IMG/VR virus record: IMGVR_UViG_3300002920_000062 | Location: 134,123 to 179,497 of that record | Length of the DNA: 45,375 nt | Source: a virus | Strand: one strand, 5' to 3' | Shown here: positions 30,022-38,680 of the stretch, piece after piece | How the letters are laid out: the number at the start of each line of letters is the position of its first letter | Numbering within the stretch: the first letter of the stretch is position 1 | Notes under the pieces: generated by a model | What the model saw: the letters and a program-made list of their open reading frames with translations, nothing else | What the model was told of the DNA's origin: nothing | The model's database searches: none | Program-made: the position numbers and the translations under genes

Positions 30022-30378
30022 TATAATGCTTTTTCTTTTTGAACGTTTTTTTGACAACTCAGATAGAGACACTATAGGTCCGTGTAGTATCTCTAATCCT
30101 TTATTATTAAATGTTTTGGTGTAATTCTTGAAAATTGTCCACTCGTCTTTCAAAAATATGTTTATAGGAATTTGTCTATTGGATTCCCACCACCATATGT
30201 CACCCAGTTCTAAGAACCTTACCTTAAGTTCAGGTTCAACTATAGCACCGTAATCATATATTGTGGTTACGGTATCATCTCGGTTTTGTATTATCCCAAC
30301 ATAGTCTTGGTTGTTGTATGAACAAACAGTAATGTATGGGTGCAAGTCGCTTAATTTTTTAAAAAAATCCTCGTTCAT
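30001..30378 (-). CDS. Hypothetical protein
   Basis: 125-aa ORF (WWWESNRQIPINIFL), TAAATA on minus strand at 30385-30390. Confidence 0.75.
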   Translation of the reverse strand: MNEDFFKKLSDLHPYITVCSYNNQDYVGIIQNRDDTVTTIYDYGAIVEPELKVRFLELGDIWWWESNRQIPINIFLKDEWTIFKNYTKTFNNKGLEILHGPIVSLSELSKKRSKRKSIILVKRLP

Positions 30379-30458
30379 TTTCTATATTTAATTCTTATAA
30401 TTTGCCCAAATATTTATTTTTACTCTACAAGCTAAATAGTAGCAGTCAGGAGAAAAAA

Positions 30459-31199
30459 GTGTTTAGTACTTCAGTATATCATTATGTCCCAAGACAATTG
30501 GTTACTGTTTTGACAATAGATTCGGTAAGGAAGTATGCGCCCGTGTATAGTAAACCATTAGTTCTTCATAAAGGTGTAGAAAACAAGCTATCGTTCCAGT
30601 TTTTGAACAACGAACAAAAGCCCATCAACTTAACTAGTAATCATATCATATTAAGGATTATTGATAGCACGGGAAAGAAAATTCTCTTGGAAAAAGAATT
30701 AGACCTCGAGTTTGCTTTGACTGGTATAGCTTCATTGAATGTCGTGCCAGATGATATTGAAGGTATTGATTCTCAGAAAGCCTTTTACTCGCTAGAAATC
30801 ATAAGAGGCAATAATCATTACCCGGTATATCTGACTAAGAACACAACGGCAAGAGGCGAAATGACAATTGTAGACAGCATCTTACCGTCGTTTATACCGT
30901 CTGATATCTTGACCATACCAACTCTCACTGAACCGGTTGTTTTCCCTGCCAACTACCTAAGCAGTGTATATAATTCTAATTCGCTTGTTACTACTTTCCA
31001 AGTTACATTGAATGATTACACAGGAACATTTACTATAGAGGGCTCTTCCCAGTCACTTACAAGCTGGTATGAAATTGATACTTATAGCTATACTAACAAA
31101 ACCGGGACAGTTGGGATAACGGTTAAAGGATATCACCCGTTACTTAGAATAAAATTCAATAGCACACAGGGAATAGTTACCAATATTCTTGTAAGATAG
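30459..31199 (+). CDS. Putative structural protein (BppU-N-like)
   Basis: GTG start after AGGAG; HKGVENKLSFQFLNNEQKPINLT; TAAATA at 30433. Confidence 0.6.
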   Translation: MFSTSVYHYVPRQLVTVLTIDSVRKYAPVYSKPLVLHKGVENKLSFQFLNNEQKPINLTSNHIILRIIDSTGKKILLEKELDLEFALTGIASLNVVPDDIEGIDSQKAFYSLEIIRGNNHYPVYLTKNTTARGEMTIVDSILPSFIPSDILTIPTLTEPVVFPANYLSSVYNSNSLVTTFQVTLNDYTGTFTIEGSSQSLTSWYEIDTYSYTNKTGTVGITVKGYHPLLRIKFNSTQGIVTNILVR

Positions 31200-31298
31200 T
31201 TACAAATTGTGCTATACTTTGATAATACAAACTATGTTGTCACGCGTTGTGCACAAAAAATATCTTTCTAAAGAACAGGCTCTATGCAATAAAAATTA

Positions 31299-32279
31299 AT
31301 GCTTAATATACTATCAATAATACCAGGTAAGAAAAAACGGACGTCTAAGGGATGGGTCGTGTTTAACGCCATCTGTTGCCATCATCGAGGCCACAGGCCC
31401 GACAAAAGAATGCGGGCTGGTATTATCAGTGATGGTAGAAGCCAAACTTATCATTGTTTTAACTGTGATTTTAGCACAAGACTAACTCTTGGAAAACCAC
31501 TGAGCAAAAAGACTAGACAGCTTTTAAAGTGGGCCGGATTAGACGATGATGAGATTAATAAGTGGAGCATTGAAAGCCTCAAGCAAAAGGACATTTTTGA
31601 TTTAATTCCAGAATTTCACAATAAAAAGATTGAGTTTAATCAAGTGCCCTTGCCTAGCAATGCAGTGTTGCTTGACAAAAACAACATAGCTCATAAGGTT
31701 TATAAGGACTTTTTATGGAAAAGAGGATATTCTCCCGATGACTATCCATGCTATGTTACACCCAATGATAAAAATACAAGGAACAAGAATAGAATCATTT
31801 TTCCTATTACATATAAAAACAAAAATATCGGATATATTAGTAGGTATATTGATGACAAGTTACCCAAATACATGAAAGAAAATCAACCTGGTGTATTATT
31901 TGGTTATGACTTACAGAAACCTGAATATGAAGTAGCACTAGTATTTGAGGGGGTGTTGGATGCAATTGCTTTTAACGGTTGTGCATTAATGCATGACGAT
32001 ATTAGCGACGAACAAGCTATTCTACTCAGGAACTTGAATAGAAAGATTATTGTAGTACCAGACCAAGACAAGACGGGCATGAACATCATAGACAAAGCGT
32101 TAGAATTGGGCTTCTATGTTTCACTTCCAGACTGGTCGCCTAGAGTAAAAGACGCTAATGATGCAATTATTAAATATGGCAAAATTCCAACACTGCTAAG
32201 TATACTACAAAACGCAACTAGGAACAAAATTATAATCAAGATGAAAAGGGAAAAACTTGCTAAAAGAACTCAATCATAA
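31299..32279 (+). CDS. DNA primase (gp61/DnaG-like)
   Basis: Zn-binding CCHH...YHCFNC; TOPRIM FEGVLDA and VVPDQD; KDANDA. Confidence 0.9.
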   Translation: MLNILSIIPGKKKRTSKGWVVFNAICCHHRGHRPDKRMRAGIISDGRSQTYHCFNCDFSTRLTLGKPLSKKTRQLLKWAGLDDDEINKWSIESLKQKDIFDLIPEFHNKKIEFNQVPLPSNAVLLDKNNIAHKVYKDFLWKRGYSPDDYPCYVTPNDKNTRNKNRIIFPITYKNKNIGYISRYIDDKLPKYMKENQPGVLFGYDLQKPEYEVALVFEGVLDAIAFNGCALMHDDISDEQAILLRNLNRKIIVVPDQDKTGMNIIDKALELGFYVSLPDWSPRVKDANDAIIKYGKIPTLLSILQNATRNKIIIKMKREKLAKRTQS

Positions 32280-32359
32280 CTTACCGTTTTCTTGTGTTAA
32301 GACTTTATACTCATGCTAAAAAAAGTTGTTTTATTTCTTAGAGGTGATATTATATTAAT

Positions 32360-32974
32360 ATGGCAAAAATTACAGAATACACCCCAGAGATACAATCATT
32401 GTTTTTATCTATTATGTTAACCGTGCCTGAGTTATATACCAGGGTGGCTAACATATTTAATGTTGAGAATTTTTCTAAATCTGTTCGTCCGGCCGCAGAG
32501 TTCATAAAAGATTATGTAGAAAAATATTCTTTTGTTCCTACTATAGAAGTGGTAAACAAGATGACTTCGGTTAATCTTGAATGCCTTGATTTAGATACTG
32601 ATACCATAACTGATTTCTTTTTAGAAGAATTTGAGTCGTTCACTAAACGACAAGAGCTTGAAAGAGCTATTCTTAAAGCAGCCGATTTGCTTGAAAAGGG
32701 TGAGTTTGAACCAGTTGAGAAATTAGTCAAAGATGCGGTACAAATCTCATTAGTCAAGAACATGGGTACAGACTATTTTGCTGACCCTGAAGACCGCCTA
32801 AATAGATATTTCAACCAAGGTGGTCAGGTATCTACAGGCTGGCCACAGCTTGATAGAATCATGTATGGCGGTATGAGCAGAGGCGAACTAAACATCTTTG
32901 CTGGTAGCAGCGGATGCGTCACTGAGGATACCTTAGTTGAAGTCATTGAACTACCTGATCTTACCTTAGAGTAA
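32360..32974 (+). CDS. Replicative DnaB/gp41 helicase N-terminal fragment with 19-aa split-intein IntN
   Basis: STGWPQLDRIMYGGMSRGELNIFAGSSG, then CVTEDTLVEVIELPDLTLE*. Confidence 0.92.
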   Translation: MAKITEYTPEIQSLFLSIMLTVPELYTRVANIFNVENFSKSVRPAAEFIKDYVEKYSFVPTIEVVNKMTSVNLECLDLDTDTITDFFLEEFESFTKRQELERAILKAADLLEKGEFEPVEKLVKDAVQISLVKNMGTDYFADPEDRLNRYFNQGGQVSTGWPQLDRIMYGGMSRGELNIFAGSSGCVTEDTLVEVIELPDLTLE

Positions 32975-33017
32975 AATATCATATGTAGTATGATTATCTT
33001 AAAGAGGTTTAAAATAG

Positions 33018-34361
33018 ATGAATTATGTAAATGTAAGCAAAGAGTTAGAATATCTTAGACAATTTTACACTTTTGCAGAATTGGATAATTATGCAAAGGG
33101 CAATGATGCTAAAATAGTATCATTATATGAAAAAACCCAGCCAAAAAAAGTTCCGATAGGTAGTTTATACGGGAAAACTGAAAATTCTAACTTTGTAGTA
33201 AGTAGTCCTGACGGATGGGTGCAGGTAATTGACTGTATTCAAAAAATAAAGTCAGATATGTATAATGTAATTTTTAAAAACGGCACTCATATCAAAGCTA
33301 GCCATGATCACTTATTTCAGAAACCTGATCAGTCATGGCATTATGTCAGGGATCTTAATAAGGGTGATGTAATTTTAAGCGAATGGGGATATGAGGAGAT
33401 AGAGGAAATTTCTTCTTATCAAAAGAAAACTAAAGTATATGATTTGTCAGTTGGTCATAAAAATCATAGATATTATACTTCTGGAATTTGTAGTCATAAC
33501 ACGGGCAAAAGTTTAGTTATGATGAACTTGGCGTTAAATTGGTTAAGTCAGGGATTATCAGGGGTTTATATTACTCTTGAGCTTAGCGAAGAATTAACCT
33601 CGCTAAGAACTGACGCCATGATGACAGGCATGAGTACCAAAGACATACGAAAGAATATTGAAGATACTGCCTTGAAGGTTAGACTACAAAGAAAGAAAAT
33701 GGGCCAGTACCGAATTAAGGACTTGCCAGCGCAAAGTAATGTAAATGCCATCCGAGCATATATCAAAGAGCTACAAGTACAGACTGGTATCAAGATTGAC
33801 TTTGTTATGATTGACTATTTGGACTTGGTCATGCCGGTAAGTGTTAAGGTCAATCCCAATGACCAGTTTATTAAGGACAAATATGTTAGTGAAGAGTTGA
33901 GAAACTTAGCCAAAGAATTTGGTGTGTTGATGGTAACAGCAAGCCAGTTAAACAGAAGTGCAGTAGAAGAAATTGAATTTGATCACAGTCACATTGCGGG
34001 CGGCATCTCAAAGATAAATACAGCAGACTATGTTTTTGGTATATTTACTAGCAGAAGTATGAGAGAGCGGGGCAAATACCAAATTCAGTGTATGAAATCT
34101 CGTAGTTCAACTGGGGTTGGGCAGAAGATTGATTTAGATTATAATATAGAAACAATGCGTATTACGGATAGCGGTACAGAAGATACTAAGCAAGAACCCC
34201 AAACACCGTCAAGACTTATGGACCAAATAAGAAAACGCGAAATCATTGATCCAGAAACGGGTGAGATAACAGAAGAAGTGCCTAAAATAAGAGCAGATGT
34301 TAGAGGAACTAGTTTAAATAAATTGCTTCAGTCACTTAAAAAGGATCACGGTTTGAACTAG
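33018..34361 (+). CDS. Long split-intein IntC (161 aa) fused to DnaB/gp41 helicase C-terminal fragment
   Basis: AAAGAGG RBS; IKASHDHLF (block B), VYDLSV..HRYYTSGICSHN (blocks F/G), then TGKS, YITLELSE, IDYLDL, TASQLNR. Confidence 0.92.
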   Translation: MNYVNVSKELEYLRQFYTFAELDNYAKGNDAKIVSLYEKTQPKKVPIGSLYGKTENSNFVVSSPDGWVQVIDCIQKIKSDMYNVIFKNGTHIKASHDHLFQKPDQSWHYVRDLNKGDVILSEWGYEEIEEISSYQKKTKVYDLSVGHKNHRYYTSGICSHNTGKSLVMMNLALNWLSQGLSGVYITLELSEELTSLRTDAMMTGMSTKDIRKNIEDTALKVRLQRKKMGQYRIKDLPAQSNVNAIRAYIKELQVQTGIKIDFVMIDYLDLVMPVSVKVNPNDQFIKDKYVSEELRNLAKEFGVLMVTASQLNRSAVEEIEFDHSHIAGGISKINTADYVFGIFTSRSMRERGKYQIQCMKSRSSTGVGQKIDLDYNIETMRITDSGTEDTKQEPQTPSRLMDQIRKREIIDPETGEITEEVPKIRADVRGTSLNKLLQSLKKDHGLN

Positions 34362-36053
34362 ATGAATGAGTTAAAATCTATAATAACAAAATATTGCTAC
34401 AAAAAAAACGGGAGTGTAAATGGTCGGTGTAACAAGAAAATATGGTGGCAAAGTAGAGGCTTAGAAACATACTATCAGCAGATACTTGAAGTTACTGATT
34501 TTTTACCCGAAAACACTAAAATTAATATTCGTTTTTATCATATACTAAATGATATTTGGAATATACCAAAATGTGCTTATGTCAGTTGCGACAAAAATGT
34601 TGCATGGCACAAATCAACCAATCGTTATTCATTATATTGTTCTCGTAGATGCACCGCTCTAGCGAATATTAAAACAGGAAAAGAAAATTGCTTTTCAAAA
34701 CGCAAAACCAAAGAAAAAATAAAACAAACCCTTGTACGAAAATATGGTGTAGACAATTTTTCCAAGTCTCATGAATTTAGTGATAAAATCAAGAATTACT
34801 ATTCTTGTTTGTCCCAAGATGATAAAAAGTACATACAAAGCAAAAGAGAAAATACCAACTTGCAAAAATATGGTTATACTACTCCTTTACTAAGCAAAGA
34901 TGTTCAGGAAAAAATACAAAACACACTTCTGGAACGATACGGTGTAGATTCACCTTCAAAAAGCAAGATTATACAGGCTAAAAAAGCCAACACCAATCTA
35001 CAGAGATATGGTGTGCCCAACTATAATCAGCGCTATTTAGGAGAAGAAACTATCAATAATTTGTGTGACCGAGAATGGTTAGAAAAGAAAATGGCCCAAT
35101 CTTCCATCAAAGAAATAGCCACAGAACTAAATATTTCTTATTCGGCGTTGTGTTCTTATATTAGGAAAGCTGGGATAATACTAACTAACTATTCATATTT
35201 TGAAACTGAAGTTTATAATTATATCAAAGAAATACGCCCTGACATTGAGGTAACAAGAAGAGACAAGACCTTATTAAAAACATCTAAACAAGAAATTGAT
35301 TTGTATATTCCAGAACTAAAGTTAGCAATTGAATGTAACGGTATTTATTGGCACGGTGAAAATAAGGGAAAACACAAATACTACCACCTAGGTAAAACTG
35401 ACACCTGTTTACAAAATTCAGTTAGATTAATTCATATTTTTGAAAATGAATGGGCAGGTAAACAGGATATAGTGAAAAATCGCTTATCAGTTTTATTGGG
35501 AGAAAAAACAAAAATATACGGAAGAAACACTGTAGTTAAAAAAGTGACCAAAACTGAAGAGCGTCAGTTTCTCGATGCCAACCATCTGCAAGGGTATGTT
35601 CCTTCAGTAGTATGTTACGGTTTATATTACAATGATATATTAATCTCGTTAATTAGTTTTGGAAAGTCAAGGTTTAGTAAAAATATAGAATGGGAGCTTC
35701 TTCGTTACGCAGTCAAAGATACATATTGTGTTCTAGGAGGGGCCAAAAAACTTTTCTACTCGTTCATTAATGATTTTTCACCAAAATCAATTGTTTCCTA
35801 CTCTGATAGACGCTGGTTTACAGGTGAATTATACAAAGCCCTTGGTTTTATTTTTTCACATTATTCAAGTCCTAATTATTACTACGTTGAGCAGAACGGG
35901 GAATTATCTTCTAGGCTACGTTATCAAAAGCACAAACTAAGTAAAATTTTACCTAATTACAATCCAGAATTAACAGAATGGGAAAACATGCTATGTCATG
36001 GATATGACAGAATTTGGGATTGTGGCAATTCAGTATGGTTTTATTTCAAATGA
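34362..36053 (+). CDS. Homing-endonuclease-like protein, paralogue of 28396-30021
   Basis: YCSRRC; TLLERYG/TNLQRYG repeats; EIDLYIPELKLAIECNGIYWH; GYDRIWDCG. Confidence 0.8.
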   Translation: MNELKSIITKYCYKKNGSVNGRCNKKIWWQSRGLETYYQQILEVTDFLPENTKINIRFYHILNDIWNIPKCAYVSCDKNVAWHKSTNRYSLYCSRRCTALANIKTGKENCFSKRKTKEKIKQTLVRKYGVDNFSKSHEFSDKIKNYYSCLSQDDKKYIQSKRENTNLQKYGYTTPLLSKDVQEKIQNTLLERYGVDSPSKSKIIQAKKANTNLQRYGVPNYNQRYLGEETINNLCDREWLEKKMAQSSIKEIATELNISYSALCSYIRKAGIILTNYSYFETEVYNYIKEIRPDIEVTRRDKTLLKTSKQEIDLYIPELKLAIECNGIYWHGENKGKHKYYHLGKTDTCLQNSVRLIHIFENEWAGKQDIVKNRLSVLLGEKTKIYGRNTVVKKVTKTEERQFLDANHLQGYVPSVVCYGLYYNDILISLISFGKSRFSKNIEWELLRYAVKDTYCVLGGAKKLFYSFINDFSPKSIVSYSDRRWFTGELYKALGFIFSHYSSPNYYYVEQNGELSSRLRYQKHKLSKILPNYNPELTEWENMLCHGYDRIWDCGNSVWFYFK

Positions 36054-36080
36054 CTAAATATATCTGATGGATAAAATTTT

Positions 36081-36338
36081 ATGAGAAAAAAAACTCGGTC
36101 CTTGTTGGAAGAACTACAACACTTAAGTGATACCCGCGATATTAACCATATCATTGAAAATAGAGCATCCAATATTATTACTAGCGCCATCAATTTAATT
36201 GAGTTGATGGAAAAGCATTACCCTTCCGACAAAGTTTTGATTCTTGAAAAGAAGCTTTTAAACGCCATCAGAACAAAGGACCAAAGTAAATTTACTAGAA
36301 CTTTGAGGAAGAAAACCGGTAATGAAAATGACAGGTAG
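36081..36338 (+). CDS. Hypothetical protein
   Basis: 85-aa ORF after TAAATA (36055). Confidence 0.7.
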   Translation: MRKKTRSLLEELQHLSDTRDINHIIENRASNIITSAINLIELMEKHYPSDKVLILEKKLLNAIRTKDQSKFTRTLRKKTGNENDR

Positions 36339-37191
36339 TTTACTCAACGAAGGCGGTTCTTTGCCGGGAGTGGGGGCAATTCATATTAGTGAAATTGAAC
36401 CTACTCTTAGACCACTTGAAAAATTTTTAGGTATAGACTTAGTGAATAATATGCTCGGCAGCGCCGGCAAGAAAAAGTTCTCTGGCGATATCGATGTGGC
36501 AGTAGATTTAACCCAGGAACAAATACCAGAGTTCATAGAAAAATTAGAAAAATACCCGGGTATTTCTGACATTAAAAAATCATCTGTCATTATGTCTAAG
36601 GTAAAAATCAAAAACTTTGATCCTAGCAAAGAAACCGACAAAAAAAGAACAGGTTACGTTCAAGTAGATTTCATGCCAGGCGAAATAAACTGGATGAAAA
36701 CCTTCTACCATGCACCATATGAGAAAGATTCAAAGTATAAAGGAGTATATCGCAACCTACTATTATCTTCAATCGCAATGTTCTTAGACAGAAAAGAATC
36801 AAAAGAGATAATTCCTGACGGTAGACCAAAAGAAGTAGAGCGTTTCTTATGGAGCCCCACGGATGGTTTAGTGCGCATCGTACGAAGACCAACCCCAAAC
36901 AAAAAAGGCGACGGATACACAAAGGCAAATTCAAACGAGATTATAGGTGGACCATACAAGACTCCTGAAGAAATAGCTAAGGTACTGAAACTAGATAGTC
37001 CTGATGATTTGTATTCTTACGAAACATTAAAGAAGGCTATTGACAAGAATTATGAACCAGAATTAGTTAAAAAAATTTTAGCAGACTTTAAGGAAAACCC
37101 TATTGTCCAGCAATTTGGTGTCCCTACTGATTTAGTGTCAGAATCGTTCGGCAGCGAATGGTTCAGGGTTATAATGGATATGATAAAATGA
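36322..37191 (+). CDS. Pol-beta-superfamily nucleotidyltransferase-like protein
   Basis: LGSAGKKKFSGDIDVAV (hGS..DxD) and third acidic residue in VQVDF. Confidence 0.7.
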   Translation: MKMTGSLLNEGGSLPGVGAIHISEIEPTLRPLEKFLGIDLVNNMLGSAGKKKFSGDIDVAVDLTQEQIPEFIEKLEKYPGISDIKKSSVIMSKVKIKNFDPSKETDKKRTGYVQVDFMPGEINWMKTFYHAPYEKDSKYKGVYRNLLLSSIAMFLDRKESKEIIPDGRPKEVERFLWSPTDGLVRIVRRPTPNKKGDGYTKANSNEIIGGPYKTPEEIAKVLKLDSPDDLYSYETLKKAIDKNYEPELVKKILADFKENPIVQQFGVPTDLVSESFGSEWFRVIMDMIK

Positions 37192-37931
37192 AAATAAAAG
37201 AGCTCTTAGAAGCAGAGGTTAAGCCCTACACTAAAGAAGAAATAGCCAAAGAAAAGGCTATCTCTATTTTAGAAAAGTCAATATTCTTTGAAAATAACAA
37301 GAGCCGCCCATTATGGCGAGGCACAAGATCTAATTTAGCAGAAGTTATCCTTATAGATCCATCTGATGGCATAAGAAAATCAGAAAATACTGACAATTAC
37401 TATACATTATTGATGGATAATTCGCCTTATTACCAAGGCTGGCCAAAAAGAAGCAAGTCATTGATATGCACTACTAACCCTTTTACAGCAACTTACTATG
37501 AAGGCCGAATATATGCTCTTATACCATTGAATGGCTCAAAGATAGGAGTGTGCCCCGAAGAAGACATATGGAAAACAAGTGTAGAAATCTTAAATAGTGA
37601 ATCTTTAGTAACGTTCGGCCAAATCTCCCTAATGATGTATAATTTAGGATTTTCTGATAAGTCATATCAATCTTTATTACACTGGTCAACAACTAACAAA
37701 TTTATAAGACGACTGGATGAACGTTTCCCAGAACACAATTTAGGAAATAAGAACTTCATAGAATACATGCATGAACAAATGTCTCCTGAAAAAACCGGAA
37801 TGAAACTTGAAACGGCAGAAAGTATGGATGTGACAAACTATCCTGATAATGAGTGCTGGACAGATGGCAAGTGTCTCTTAGTGAGGAAAGATATATATAA
37901 GCAATTATTCGGAGTTACTTTCTCGTCATGA
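37188..37931 (+). CDS. Putative ADP-ribosyltransferase-like protein (R-S-E), paralogue 1
   Basis: RPLWRG...SLICTT...A..Y...NECW; N-terminus MKIKELLEAE. Confidence 0.55.
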   Translation: MKIKELLEAEVKPYTKEEIAKEKAISILEKSIFFENNKSRPLWRGTRSNLAEVILIDPSDGIRKSENTDNYYTLLMDNSPYYQGWPKRSKSLICTTNPFTATYYEGRIYALIPLNGSKIGVCPEEDIWKTSVEILNSESLVTFGQISLMMYNLGFSDKSYQSLLHWSTTNKFIRRLDERFPEHNLGNKNFIEYMHEQMSPEKTGMKLETAESMDVTNYPDNECWTDGKCLLVRKDIYKQLFGVTFSS

Positions 37932-38680
37932 AAATGAAAGAACTCTTAGAAGCAAAAATTATACCTCAGGGTGTTGAACCGGTTAATGTAGAAGTCTTAA
38001 AAGACTTACTATATAGCCAGTGTTCAGAGTTCATGGCAAACAACGCCAAAAGACCATTGTTCCGGGGTACACAGAAAAAATATGAACCCATAGTGATTAT
38101 TGATCCAACAGTTGGGTTACGAAAATCAAGAGTCATAAAAAATCATTACACATTATTGATGGACAATTCCCCTTATTACCAAGGCTGGCCAAAAAGAAGC
38201 AAGTCAGTGGTATGCTCTACTAGTTATTCGTATGCTGCCGATTTCGCTAAATTTGGTACGAGGGTTATTGTTCCATTTAATGGAAGTAAAATTGGTATCA
38301 CTCCTTATGCTGATATTTGGGCCACGCCAGTTGATTTATCTAAAGTTGCCCCCGAACTCAAATATTTTAATCATATTAGTTATCTATTAGAATATTTTAA
38401 AGTACCTGATAATAGTTATGAAGTCATGCTTGAATATATGCAAACACCAGACTTTCATTATAACTGGAAAGAGCGTTTTCCTAACATTGATTTAAATGAT
38501 TTTGATTTAATAGGTTATCTACACAAGGTTATGTCTCCAGAAAAAACTGGAATGCAACTATCCAATACTGAAAACTTCAAGCGCGCATTGTACCTAAATA
38601 AAGAATGTTGGGTGGGCGGTAAGTGCTTATCAATAAAGCCTAGCGTATATGAACAAATTGTAGGAACATTTATAAAATGA
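37928..38680 (+). CDS. Putative ADP-ribosyltransferase-like protein (R-S-E), paralogue 2
   Basis: RPLFRG...SVVCSTSYSYAADF...KECW; N-terminus MKMKELLEAK. Confidence 0.55.
   Translation: MKMKELLEAKIIPQGVEPVNVEVLKDLLYSQCSEFMANNAKRPLFRGTQKKYEPIVIIDPTVGLRKSRVIKNHYTLLMDNSPYYQGWPKRSKSVVCSTSYSYAADFAKFGTRVIVPFNGSKIGITPYADIWATPVDLSKVAPELKYFNHISYLLEYFKVPDNSYEVMLEYMQTPDFHYNWKERFPNIDLNDFDLIGYLHKVMSPEKTGMQLSNTENFKRALYLNKECWVGGKCLSIKPSVYEQIVGTFIK

Noticed and set aside
32972-33017. Stop-codon reassignment explaining the broken genes
   Set aside because: Halves are in different frames, and TAA, TAG and TGA all end well-formed genes in the window
37401-38206. Diversity-generating retroelement template/variable repeat pair
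   Set aside because: The three mismatches are synonymous and not at adenines; no reverse transcriptase in the window
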